DNA of 64,000 nucleotides, taken from NCBI GenBank assembly GCA_951406725.2, contig OX597828.1:36270001-36334000 (forward strand), read 5' to 3'. Both the position numbers and the translations under genes were made by a program. The notes beneath the pieces are model-generated. The model was given only the letters and a program-made list of their open reading frames with translations. It had not been told where the DNA came from and ran no database searches. The first letter of the stretch is position 1, and the number at the start of each line of letters is the position of its first letter. Source of the stretch: Octopus vulgaris. Lineage: Eukaryota. Below, one piece after another: positions 12,824 through 24,593 of this stretch.

Positions 12824-13400
12824 GCAAGACTTTTGTTAGCCGCTCTCCAGCCATCTATTTAAAACTGTATACAGCTATGGTACGACCACACTTGGAATTT
12901 GCATCATCAGTTTGGAATCCCTATCTTGCTCAGAACATTGACCTCCTGGAATCTGTCCAGAGACGTGCAACCAAACGCATACCCTCCATCAGACACCTAC
13001 CATATTCTGAGCGCCTTGTTTCCCTGGGCATGGATTCACTGAAGCTCCGGCGTCTGGCGACGGACTTGGTAAACACCCACAAGGTTATCAACCACCTCAC
13101 CAACAACAACACTGAACACCTTTTTGATCTCCATGTGTCTAACACACGTGGACATGCCTACAAAGTCAGAAAACAGCACAGCTCCCATGACTTTCGGAAA
13201 CATTTTTTCACGCTCAGGGTTGCTGAAGCGTGGAATAAACTGCCTGCATCAGTTGTTGACTGCCATGACACTGCATCCTTTAAGGCCCTCATGCTTCCCG
13301 AAATCCATCAAAATTACACCTGATTATATATACACTTTAGATGAGTTGTAGTGCACCTGAGCACTGTACACAATTATTATTATTATTATATTATATTATA
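12824..13400 (+). mobile_element. 5'-truncated CR1/L2-group LINE: C-terminus of ORF2, 3'UTR and (ATT)n tail
   Basis: Open frame to 13323 with LYTAMVRPHLEFASSVWNP, LESVQRRATK, YSERL, TRGH and FFTLRVAEAWNKLP motifs. 3' stem-loop agtgc-acctga-gcact precedes (ATT)n. Confidence 0.92.
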
Positions 13401-13459
13401 TTCTGTTAAATGTAAGACTTATCTATTCACACTGATTCAAATTAATGATGAAGTATTAT

Positions 13460-13863
13460 AGGTGCAGGAGTGGCTGTGTGGTAAGTAGCTTGCTTACCAA
13501 CCACATGGTTCCGGGTTCAGTCCCACTGTGTGGCACATTGGGCAAGTGTCTTCTACTATAGCCTCGGGCTGACCAAAGCCTTATGAGCGGATTTGGTAGA
13601 CAGAAACTGAAAGAAGCCCATCATATATATGTATATATAAATATATGTATGTGTGTATATGTTTATTTGTCTGTGTTTGTCCCTCTAGCATTGCTTGACA
13701 ACCGATGCTGGTGTGTTTACACCCCTGTAACTTAGTGCTTCGGCAAAAGAGACAAATAGAATAAGTACTAGGTTTACAAAGAATAAGTCCTAGGGTCGAT
13801 TTGCTCGACTAAAGGCAATGCTCCAGCATGGCTGAGTCAAATGACTGAAACAAGTAAAAGAGT
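13460..13863 (+). mobile_element. CORE-like SINE family B, full length
   Basis: tRNA-like head (tggctgtgtggtaag / ggttcagtccc), CORE-like ttgggcaagtgtcttctactatagcctc, internal microsatellite, aagtaaaagagt tail. Confidence 0.9.
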
Positions 13864-14664
13864 ATCTTGTAACTTCAAGACTTTGGTGATGTGACAGTTT
13901 ATTTTTAGAATGTCATTGTAGGGTAGGCCAGATCTGGCCAGTTTGAACATAAAGCAGGTAGAATATTTCGGCTGGATAGAACCGGTTTAAGCACTAAATG
14001 GTAAAATGCAACAAGCTTTTTGCCCTCATTCAAGTGTAATCCGTCTACTCCCAAGCTGAGTCTTTTGGCCCCACCTTATCACTTCATGTAGGAAGAAACA
14101 CAAAAAAGAACTTTCAAAGTCCTTTCAAAATGTTCAGAATTTGAAATTAAATTCTTCAGATTCTTTTTTCTTAGTCACTCACCGACAATTCCAAAGTGTC
14201 ATAAATACTCCACCCCAATCATCATCCATCTAATCCAAATATCAACCAATCTGCTCTGCAACTCTGAATGAACAGGCATTCAAAAATACTTTAAATTCTC
14301 CATCAGTACCCACCCAATGAAGATGTTCTTAAAGGACTTATTCTTCAGCTCTAGTTTCATAGTATAAAATAAACAAGCCAAAGAGAAAATTTCCCCCAGG
14401 ACTGCACATCAATCTATTGCAGCAAACAGTCCCAGAACATTAATTATACTAAATACCTTTCTGACATCTAAGGGCAGCAAGTTGGGGAACAGAGATCAGC
14501 TGGTACTTATTTTATCAACTCTGAAAGGATGAAAAGAAAAGCTGACCTCAGACAGACAAAATGCCACTGAGCATGTTTGCCCAGTGTGCTAACGATTCTA
14601 CAAGCTTACCATCTTATTCTGATGGAAATAATGTAAGATGTGAATTTGTCTGAGGATCTTGAAA

Positions 14665-15110
14665 TCATCATCATCATCATCATCATCGTTTAACGTCTGC
14701 TTTCCATGCTAGCATGGGTTGGACGAATGACTGAGGGCTGGCGAACCAGATGGCTACACCAGGCTTCAATCTTGATCTGGCAGAGTTTCTACAGCTGGAT
14801 GCCCTTCCTAACGCCAACCACTCCGTGGGTGTAGTGGGTGCTTTTACGTGCCACCAGCATGGGGCCAGTCAAGTGGTACTGGCAACAACCTCACTCGAAT
14901 CTTTTACACATGCCACTGGCACAGATGCCAGCAAGGCGATGCTGGTAACGATCACGCTCGAATGGAGTCTTTTACGTGCCACCAGCACGGAGGCCAGATA
15001 GCCACTCTGGCAACGATCACGCTCAGATGGTGCTCTTAATACCCTACTAGCACGGGGCTCGAGTGCCAGTAAGGCAACGCTGGTAATGATCACACTCGAA
15101 TGGTGCCATT
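14665..15110 (-). mobile_element. Retroposon family C with ~4 tandem ~65-bp structured units
   Basis: (CAT)n tail on the left, ggatgcccttcctaacgccaaccac, then four diverged tggtgcttttacgtgccacc..gccag..ctggcaacgatcacgctcgaa units. Confidence 0.85.
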
Positions 15111-16257
15111 TTCATTAATTATTTCGATTGAAATATATGACTCTTGTTTCAATAAATCTTGGAAACAATAAAGAATTAAGTAAAATAACTTTATTATATT
15201 AATTTGTAGTATATTCCATGGTGGTACAGTAGTAAATATCCTTGTCTGTCATGCAGATACCTGGGTTCAATTTCCTCGTCAGGAAGACTTGTTTAATTAA
15301 AGGTGCAGGTGTGGCTGTATGTTTGCTTGCCAACCACATGGTTTGGGGTTCACTTGCTGGAAGTACTATGCAATGGCATCCATCTTGGGCAGATGTCGTC
15401 TTCCACAACCCCAGATCGACAAAAAACTTGTGAGTGGATTTAGGTAACAGAAATGGGAAGTCTATCATGTATGTATGTATGTGTGTATGTGTGTATGTAT
15501 GTATGTATATGTGTGTGTATGTATGTATGTGTATGTGTATGTGTGTACATATGCGTATGTATATATATGTGTGTGTGTATCTATATATGAGTGTGTGAGT
15601 GTATGTATGTGTGAGTGTATATGTGTGTGTATATGTATGTGTGAGTGTGTATGTATGTGTTAGTGTGTGTATGTGTTAGTGTGTATATGTATGAGTGTGT
15701 GTGTGAATGTATAAAAGTGAATATGTGAGTGTGTATGTGTGAGTGTATATATGAATGTGTAAGTGTGTATAGTGCGTACATGTGAGTGTTTGCACGTGTG
15801 AGTGTGTATTATGAGTGTGCGTATATTTCATGCTTCTTTGTTTTGACATTGTGTGGTTGTTGTAAATGAGTGTCACTGTCATACAAGCAGTGTCATTCAT
15901 TTCCAATACCCTGCAGAAAAAACATGTCTGCCTATGGGAAAATATTACTTCACTCGGAAATAAGCAAATGTTGGGAACTGTAAAGGCATTCAATCATAGA
16001 AAATCTACCTCAATAAAGTCCATTCAAACCACACAAACATGGAAAAGTGGATGCTAAAATGAGAAGGAGGAGGGATCTGCGGTTTGGAACATAAATCAAC
16101 ATGGGATATCGGCAGAGAGTTTTAATCTTGATTACTTTCAAGCAAGAAGTTTGTATCAAAAAAACTAAGGATGTTCTGAGAAAGGTTAGTATCAAAAGGG
16201 TTACGGGCCAATACTCAACACTTAAGAGGCAATATGAGTAAATAAATGAATAATATA

Positions 16258-16494
16258 TATTTCTTTACTGCCCACAAGGGGCTAAACACAGAGGGTACAA
16301 ACAAGGACAGACAAACGGATTAAGTCGATTACATCGACCCCAGTGCGTAACTGGTACTTAATTTATCGACCCCGAAAGGATGAAAGGCAAAGCCGACCTC
16401 GGCGGAATTTGAACCCAGAATGTAACGGCAGACGAAATACGGCTACGCATTTCGCCCGGCGTGCTAACGGTTCTGCCAGCTCGCCGCGCTTTTG
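16258..16494 (-). mobile_element. Young full-length SINE-A with TSD
   Basis: CpGs intact; 16-bp TSD ataaatgaataatata at 16242-16257 and 16495-16510. Confidence 0.92.
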
Positions 16495-16644
16495 ATAAAT
16501 GAATAATATACTTTACTTCGCTGATCCATGCAGGTCTTCACTAGTCAGAGAGGACCTGCAAGAGTTAAGGATGTTCACCTGCTTCCTCTCACTAGCATTT
16601 AAAAAATAGTTTGTTTTCCCTCTTTTTTTTTTCTTTAATATACA

Positions 16645-16801
16645 AACATGACTGTATAGTAAGAAGCTTGCTTCCCAACTACATTGTTCTGGGTTCAGTC
16701 CCACTGAGTGGCACCTTGGACAAGTGTTTTCTACTGTAGTTTTGGGTCGACCAACTCCTTGTGAGTGGATTTGGTAAATGGAATATGAAACGAATCCCAT
16801 C

Positions 16802-16842
<41 letters not shown>

Positions 16843-17050
16843 TGTCTGTGTTTGTCCCCTACCACTGCTTGACAACCGGTGTTGGTATGTTTACATCCCC
16901 ATAACTTAACCATTCAGCAAAAGAGATCAATAAAATAAATACCAGGATTGAGAAAATATGTTCTGAGGTCGATTCATTTTATTAACAATTCTTCAAGGTA
17001 GTGCCCCAGCATGGCCGCAGCCTAATGACTGAAACAAACCAAAGATAAAA
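16645..17050 (+). mobile_element. CORE-like SINE family B
   Basis: Same head, CORE-like segment, internal (GT)n and tail as 13460-13863. Confidence 0.8.
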
Positions 17051-17180
17051 GACAAAAAAATACAGTCCCCAATACATAAATGATAATGCATGCAGTCAGT
17101 TTGAACCAAGAGACCCACAATTTGGCCATTAGTTCTAGAAACCATTGCCACTCAGATCATACCATTTTCAATAATGGCCT

Positions 17181-17399
17181 CTCATAAGGTGGCGAGCTGG
17201 CAGAAATGTTAGTGTGCCGGGCGAAATGCTTAGCAGTGTTTTGTCTGTCTTCATGTTCTGAGTTCAAATTCCGCTGAGGTCAAGTTTGCCTTTCATCCTT
17301 TCGGAGTCGATAAATTAAGTACCAGTTACGCACTGGGGTCGATATAATCGACTGACTGCCTCCCCATAAATTTTGGGCCTTGTGCCTAGAGTAGGAAAG
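17181..17399 (+). mobile_element. SINE-A in the rarer + orientation, with TSD
   Basis: ggtggcgagctggcagaaatgttag..gagttcaaattcc; 11-bp TSD aataatggcct at 17170-17180 and 17400-17410. Confidence 0.9.
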
Positions 17400-17744
17400 A
17401 ATAATGGCCTTTGATATGGCCTCTTACTTCTCACACCATCATTGCCTTCCCTTCTTCACATGCCTAACGCACCGCTTGAATTTAGGGTTGACAACAACAA
17501 CAGACAATCATATTGATTTCAAATGTTGGGTCAAGGCCGGTAATTTCAGGGAAGTGGTTAAGTCAATTACATCAACCCCAGTATTTAACTGGTACTTATT
17601 TTAATGACCTCACAAGGATGAAAAGCAAAGTTGACTTCGGCAGAATTTTGATTCAGAATATAAAGCCAGCTCCATAACACTAAGCATTTTAAAGCCCGGC
17701 ATGCTAACGATTCTGCCAGCTTGCTACCTTACAACAAGCAATTA

Positions 17745-17907
17745 CCGTATTTTAACGTGTATAAGGAATCCCTTAATTTGGGGGCTTCAAATTTGGAAAA
17801 AAGGTTTTGTAAGGGATAATAATATAATCCATGTAGAAGAAACTCCCATATTTTTTTTAACCGAATTTTTAACGAAAAAGGATTTCCTTATACATGTTAA
17901 AATATAG
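17745..17907. mobile_element. pogo/Tc1-mariner-type MITE
   Basis: TA|CCGTATTTTAACGTGTATAAGGAATCC ... GGATTTCCTTATACATGTTAAAATATAG|TA: ~27-bp imperfect TIRs and a TA TSD. Confidence 0.8.
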
Positions 17908-18352
17908 TATATTACAAGCCATTGGGAGGGAACCTTTATGTGGTTGCTTGATTTGCTAGATATAGCAGCCACGTCTCCAGCAAATGTCACCTTTATTGTC
18001 TGTAAATGAAAGGGACTACATTGAATAATGTGGTCCAAGATGTCACTATATAAATAAAAAAAGGGGGGGGGGTTTAAGAAAGAAAAAAAAACAAATGAGA
18101 TGGTCGTGTTTGGAATATTCTTCATCAGAGTGTCATCTCAATCAGGACTGACTTGGGATTAAACAACAACATCGATTGGAACTAAACAGGGAAATGAGAA
18201 GAGGGAGATAAAAAAAAAAAAAATTATAATTTTTTTTTTTTTAGAATATTCGTTTTTAAATTAAAAAAAAAAAGATAAAAATGAAGAAACAGAATGAAAG
18301 AAGGAAAAAATAAAAGGAGAAATATATGAAAAAGGAAAACAGCAGCTACAAT

Positions 18353-18385
<33 letters not shown>

Positions 18386-18874
18386 TGATTGGCCTACATT
18401 TCAGTTTTGTGCAGTCAGTTTGTTCAATGAAGATCTATCATTGTAGACACAGCATGCTGGGAAATCAATTTCATCTTATTGATCTTTCTGTAAATATTCT
18501 CAGCTGCTACTGCTGCTGCTGCCACTGTTGTTGTTGTTGTTGTTGTTACAGTTATTGCTATTGTTGTTGTTGTCGTTCTTGTTGTTGCTGCCGCTGCCGC
18601 CACCACCGTTACAGTTATTGCTGTTGTTGTAAATAGTGTTACAGTTGTTGCCATTGTTGATGTTACAGGTAGTGGTGGTCATGGTAGTGGTCGGTGGTAT
18701 TGTTTTTGTTGTTGTTGTTGGTGGTGGTGGAACAGTTGTTGCTGTTGTTGTTGATAATTGTTATGATGATGATGATGATGATGGTGGTGGTGAGGAAGAT
18801 TGCCGATGGTGATGATGATGCACTTGTTGATTTGGGAGTTAGAAACTGAAAGAAGCCCATCATATACATATATC

Positions 18875-19108
18875 TATTTCTTTACTACCCACAAGGGGCT
18901 AAACACAGAGGGGACAAACAAGGACAGACAAACGGATTAAGTCGATTAGATCGATCCCAGTGCGTAACTGGTACTTAATTTATCGACCCCGAAAGGATGA
19001 AAGGCAAAGTCGACCTCAGCAGAATTTGAACTCGGAACCTAACGGCAGACGAAATACGGCTACGCATTTCGCCCGGCATGCTAACATTTCTACTAGCTCG
19101 CCACCTTA
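18875..19108 (-). mobile_element. SINE-A inserted into the internal microsatellite of a SINE-B (~18820-19350)
   Basis: The SINE-B 5' part (agaaactgaaagaagcccatc) lies to the left and its 3' part to the right of a complete SINE-A. Confidence 0.8.
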
Positions 19109-19354
19109 TATACATATATCATCATATCTATGTCTGTACATCTTTGTGTCCGAATTTTTTCTCTATCTCCGCTTAACTGATGTTGGTTTGTTTGCTTCCT
19201 CATGACTTAGCAATTCAACAAAAGAGACCAATAGGATAAGTACCAGGCTTTAAAAAAAAAATCAAGAACTAGGGTCGATTCTTCAGACCAAAAATTCTTC
19301 AAGGTGGTGCCCCAGTATGGCCACAGTCTCATGACTAAAACAAAAAGATAAATG

Positions 19355-19429
<75 letters not shown>

Positions 19430-19599
19430 CATGTTTTGCGTTCTAGTCCCAGTTTGTATTTTTTTACATATATATATATATATATATACACACACATATA
19501 CACACTTATACAAACACACACACACAAATTCATGTCAATATCAACATATGTATAGGAAATATTGTTTCATTTTGGTTCACCACAAATGCTTTTGAAATA

Positions 19600-19905
19600 G
19601 GAATAATATAGTACACAGCAGTATACTATGATAATATAGTATACATAGCAATATAGTATAGTATTGTATAGCACAGTACAGAACAGAACAATAGTAGTCT
19701 GTTACATTCAGTATATTACACGGTAGTATAGTAGTGAACAATATGGAACAATATAGGGTTTATAGTACAGTATATAAGCTATATAGTATAGTAGAGGACA
19801 ATATTGTATAGTACAGTGTATTATAATAGAATACAGAGAAGTTTAGAATAGAGGATAGCTTAGTATGGTCCAGGATGGTGTACTATAGTACAGGGTAGTA
19901 TAATA
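19600..19905. repeat. Degenerate (TAGTA/TAGAA)n pentamer satellite
   Basis: About 300 bp of 5-bp periodicity, e.g. tatagtatagtattgtatagcacagtacagaacagaac. Confidence 0.75.
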
Positions 19906-20407
19906 CATCTATCCTCGTTTATCATTGAGGATTGGTTCCAAAATGACAGTGATAAATGAATCATTTCCACATACTATGTAAATGACACGAATGGAAGACT
20001 CACTGATGCCAAATTCATGGCCCACATCACAAAGTTTCCACTGTCAAGGATTTTCTCAATCAGCTCTACCTTTTTCTGTAGAAAATACATTTTTGTTAGG
20101 ACCAGATGTCTTTTATACTTTTTCTGATCCCTGGTCTCACATTGATGGATATGAATATGTAAATCTGTATAAAAAATATGCAGCCTCACATTGCGATCAT
20201 GTTAACATAAGCAATAATGGACTGCATTCTGGATAGCTGAGTATTGCAAGTGGTCACAAGGAGTGCGTCCCTGCAGAACAAGCAGAACCTCAGGCTAATC
20301 GCAGACCTGTGTTATGACAGATTAATCTGAGATAAGTGCAACATGGTTCACATACTGTAAAATCCCAGATCAGTGATGAATGAATCAGTGATAAACAAGG
20401 CTACATG
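19906..20407 (-). mobile_element. Internally deleted Tigger/pogo DNA transposon retaining a frameshifted N-terminal HTH
   Basis: TA-flanked 23-bp TIRs (catctatcctcgtttatcattga vs catgtagccttgtttatcactga, 19/23). The minus strand reads LQKKVELIEKILDSG/LCDVGHEFGISESSIRVIY, a CENP-B/psq-type HTH. Confidence 0.8.
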
Positions 20408-20424
20408 TATAGTACATGGCAGCG

Positions 20425-20830
20425 TAGTGGGGAGACTCCCTTCAGTCATGAATGACCATGGGATTGCACCTAGAAAGTTACCCTCCGAGGTACAAGTCCA
20501 ATCAAGATTTTTTATGGAAGGCCAGCAGTCACCCATGCATACCAGTCTCCCCTCTGCACACCACTGATGTTCTCAAAGGGAAAGGCAAAGGGGACGATAC
20601 CGCTTGGCACCAGTAATGTCGCAACTCATTTCTACAGCTGAGCAACATGAAATAAAGTTTCTTGCTCAAGAAGACAACACACAGCCCGGTCCTGTTCTTG
20701 AACAAGACACTTTGTTTCATGTTGCCCCAGTCCACTCAACTGGAAAAAATTAGCAATCCTGCAACAGACCAGTGTCCCATCCAGGGAAGAATATATACAC
20801 TAGAGAAAATGGGAAACCAGCCCTATGACC
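20425..20830. mobile_element. Two CORE-like SINE (family E) fragments joined head-to-head
   Basis: 20425-20690 is the reverse complement of the body at 45136-45480; 20692-20830 restarts the CORE segment in the + orientation. Confidence 0.75.
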
Positions 20831-21370
20831 CTTACAGAGTAATGTGATCTAACCTAACAAAGTCTCTAAGACTACATCATGTAATATGCACTTTTTGTTT
20901 TTTTAAGATTGTGGGTATAATTTCTAGCAGTTAAGAAGACCACTAAGAAGTTGCCTCATATACAAGAGTAATAGTAAATAGTAATCTAGTTTAATGTATG
21001 TAACGAAATCTCTAATCTTTTTAATACAAACATCAATTTATTGAGTGGTAGGCTTTACCCTTCGGCATATAAACCAGTCGCATCCAGCCAAAATATTCAA
21101 CCAGTTTGATGTTCAAAGCAGCCAGATTCAGCCTCTCACACCTACTCCACAATATCATTCTAAAAGTAAACATTATCGAAGCTATGACCATAATGCATGA
21201 TTCATTTAAAAGAATGTGAATGAATAAATATTACATTTAACAGAATAAGCTGACTGCTGACGGGTTAATGTGTCACCCAGCTTAAAAACCACCACAAGAG
21301 CCAAAGATGCCTTTAATGGGATCAACTCTGTTGCAAGCAATCTAAATAAATTTCTGGTCTAAGAATAATG

Positions 21371-21608
21371 TATTTAGGGTGGCAAGCTGGCAGAATCGTT
21401 AGCATGCCAGGCAAAATGCTTAGCGGCATTTCGTCTGCCATTACGTTCCTAGTTCAAATTCTGCTGAGGTTGTCTTTGCCTTTCATCCTTTGAGGGTCGA
21501 TTAAATAAGTACCAGTTACACACTGGGGTCAATGTAATTGACTTAATCCCTTTACCTGTCCTTGTTTGCCCCCTCTATGTTTAGCCCCCTGTGGGCAATA
21601 AAGAAATA
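21371..21608 (+). mobile_element. SINE-A with TSD
   Basis: Full head-to-tail copy; 10-bp TSD aagaataatg at 21361-21370 and 21609-21618. Confidence 0.88.
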
Positions 21609-22002
21609 AAGAATAATGCCTTCCCTTTATCCTACTAGTCAAAGAGGATCTACAAAAAGAATATTGATGCTGTCTTTTTTCCTCTGACTAAACCACAAAA
21701 AAATTTACCATATTTTGCAGCATACAAGTCAGAAATATGTAAGACAAATATTTAAACATCAACATTATCTCACTAAATCTTGCTGCATTTCATGGGAATT
21801 TTTGGTCCTCCAAAGTTGGCCTACCTTTTATGGTTGTAAATTTTGGTTTGAAAAATTCAATTTGTATGTCAAAAAACAATAAACCTATGGAAGTTCATAC
21901 TAGAAAGTGACCCCATTGATTTCCTTAGAGGGGATGAGGATTTTAATGGGATCAAACAAACCTGTAAATGCTTCCAGGGACACCTGTTCTTTAATAAAGT
22001 CA

Positions 22003-22343
22003 GTGTGATCATTGCCAGGGCCGCTGATTGGCTCTCATGCCTGTGGCACATAAAAAAAAGTACTTTTCGAGTGTGGTCGTTGCCAGTGCTGCCAGACTGG
22101 CTCCTGTGCAGGTGGCACGTAAAAAGCACCATTTGAGCATGGCCTATGCCAATACCGCCTGACTGGCCCGCATGCCAGTGACACGTAAAAGCACCCACTA
22201 CATTCTCGGAGTGGTTGGCATTAGGAAAGGCATCCAGCTGTAGAAACTTTGCCAGATCAGATTGGAGCCAGCCCTCAGTCAAACTGTCCAACCCATGCCA
22301 ACATGGAAAGTGGACATTAAACAATGATGATGATGATGATGAT
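22003..22343 (+). mobile_element. Retroposon family C with 3 structured units
   Basis: Three ttgccag..ctggc..gtgcNggtggcacgtaaaaagcacc-type units, then ttaggaaaggcatccagctgtagaaac and (GAT)n. Confidence 0.85.
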
Positions 22344-22480
22344 TAAAATGGTAAAAATAAAAAAACTTCATTCCCTAAAGAAATTAGCTAGTTATTGTTA
22401 GACTCTGTATATTAAATGATTTAGAAATTAATAATTAATTTTATTCAGATGAGAGACAGAGAGTGTGTGTGTGTATGTGC

Positions 22481-22513
<33 letters not shown>

Positions 22514-24224
22514 TGCAATGTGGCGGTGTGCTCTTAACTTTGCACTGTATAAATTTTAGTGGTCAAACCTCAAGTCTTACCATCCCAAATCAGACCTGTG
22601 TGTCTGTATGTGTGTGTTTGTGTGTGTGTGTGAAATAATTCACATATGTGTACATGCAGGAAGTTTTTGTGAGAAACTACCAATGTAATTACATATATAT
22701 AAATATGCGTGTGTGTGTGTGTGTAAAATGATGTAATAATTTGAAAAAAAATCTCACGCTGAAAAATAAACTCCCTCTTCTTCTTCTTCCTCCTGTTTTC
22801 CTCTTCCCGCTCCCATCATGGATTTGTTTGTTTGTGCCTTAACTACCTCCCTCTTCAAATCTGATGTTCTACATTGCACCACCATCAGGAATCTATTCTC
22901 TCTCTCTCTCTCTCTCTCTCTCCCCTTCTCTGTTTCTCTTACTGTCCCTCCCACATGCCTCCACACTTATTCAGCCACCTCACCGGTAACCAGCTTACCA
23001 CAACTTTTGAACACACACACACACACATCTTAACTGACCTAGGATAAATTGGGTTAGTGTCACACTTTCTGCTCTTGAGCAGGTGCATGATGACTTTGTT
23101 GGTGATGGTGGTGGTGGTGGTGACAGTGACAGAGACGATGACATGGGTGTGTGTCTGTATGTATATGAATGTGCATGTGCGTGTGTGTGTGTGTGTGTGT
23201 ATGCATGCATGTGCCCACAGATAGTGTAGATGTTGTAACTGTTAGTGGGTGTATCATGTTAGTTCAGATGCCATCATCATCATCATCATCATAATCATCA
23301 TCAAGATTTAACATCACTGCACAAATGCACTGCATCAGCAAAATATTAGGTGCCACAATTTTTATCTGGTTTGCTTGCTTGCTTGCTTGCTTATTTGCTT
23401 GCTTTCCACTCTGGTAGCTCAAGAAACCTTTGAAGTTAAAACATCTAAACTTGTCCCATTTAGGACTAACAAGCATTTTTGTTTTCCTTTCCTTTTCTTT
23501 CTTTCTCTCTCTCTCTGCTATTGGCACAAGGCCTGACATTTCGGAGGAACGACAGGATTTAAGACAATTAAATTGACCCCAGTGCTCAAACTGGTACTTT
23601 ATCAACCCCAAAAGGATGAAAAGCAAAATTGACCTCAACAACACTTGAACACAGAACACAAAGCCTGAAGAAACATCACAAAGCATTTGGTATGATATGT
23701 TAATGATTCTGCCAGCGTGCTACCTTGATTAATAAACAAAATGAAATATCTGGATCTTGTTTTTATTTTGTTGTGTTTTGCTTTTTCTTTGACTTTTATT
23801 AATTAATTAGATAGGAAGCATATTTAGTTAACATGGCCTTTCGATTGTGAGCAATCGTTACAGATTATGCTTGTTAGTGATTTACAAATTGTGCTTTTTT
23901 TTACAAAAGTGGAGTATCACAAAGGGCGTCTAAGCTGAGGTTTTTGAAATATAATCAAGAGCTTTAGAAAATCCATATTAATTAATGTCTGAGTATCTTA
24001 GAACAGGAAAAAAAACAGTGTAATTCATTATTTTGTTATGCATATAGGTGCAGGCATAGCTGTGTTGTGAGAAGTTAGCATCCCAACCATATGGTTCCAG
24101 GTTCAGTCTCGGGTAGCTTTTTCTCTAAATTTGTAACTTTAAACCAAATCTTGTTTAAAAAATCCAAGTGAAGAGAACAAATAATTCTTTTTCAACTTTC
24201 CAGAGTGCACCAGTATTTATCTTG

Positions 24225-24593
24225 TGTCTGTTTCAGTCATTGGACTGCAGCCATGCTGGAGCACTACCTTGAAGGGTTTTAGACAAAAAAAAGATGACCC
24301 CATCACTTAATTCTTTTTAAGTCTGGTATTTTTTCTATCAGTCCCTTTTGCCAAACCATCATGTTACAGGGGTGTAAACAAACCAATACTGGCTGTCAAG
24401 TAGTTGTGAGGACAGGCATAAACACACACACAACAGGCTTCTTTTAGTTTCCGTCTACCAAATCCAATCACAAGGCTTTGTTTGGCCTGGAGCTTATAGT
24501 AGAAGACACTTGCCCAAGGTGCCATGGAGTGGAACTGAACCCAAAACTACACGGTTGGGAAGCAAACTTCTTACTGTATGGCCATGCCTGCGC
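24225..24593 (-). mobile_element. CORE-like SINE family B
   Basis: Reverse-complement match to the family B layout over its full length. Confidence 0.8.

Larger units (their letters stand above)
12805..14001. mobile_element. piggyBac-type MITE P1, split by a CR1-like LINE and a SINE-B
   Basis: ccatttagcattcaaatta|LINE|ttctgttaaatg..|SINE-B|..gcactaaatgg; the three pieces reassemble the P1 consensus. Confidence 0.65.

Noticed and set aside
14830-15110. Family C unit array as a CRISPR-like repeat-spacer array
   Set aside because: The variable parts are only 6-8-nt hairpin loops, whole units are homologous, there are no cas genes, and the context is a eukaryotic retroposon.
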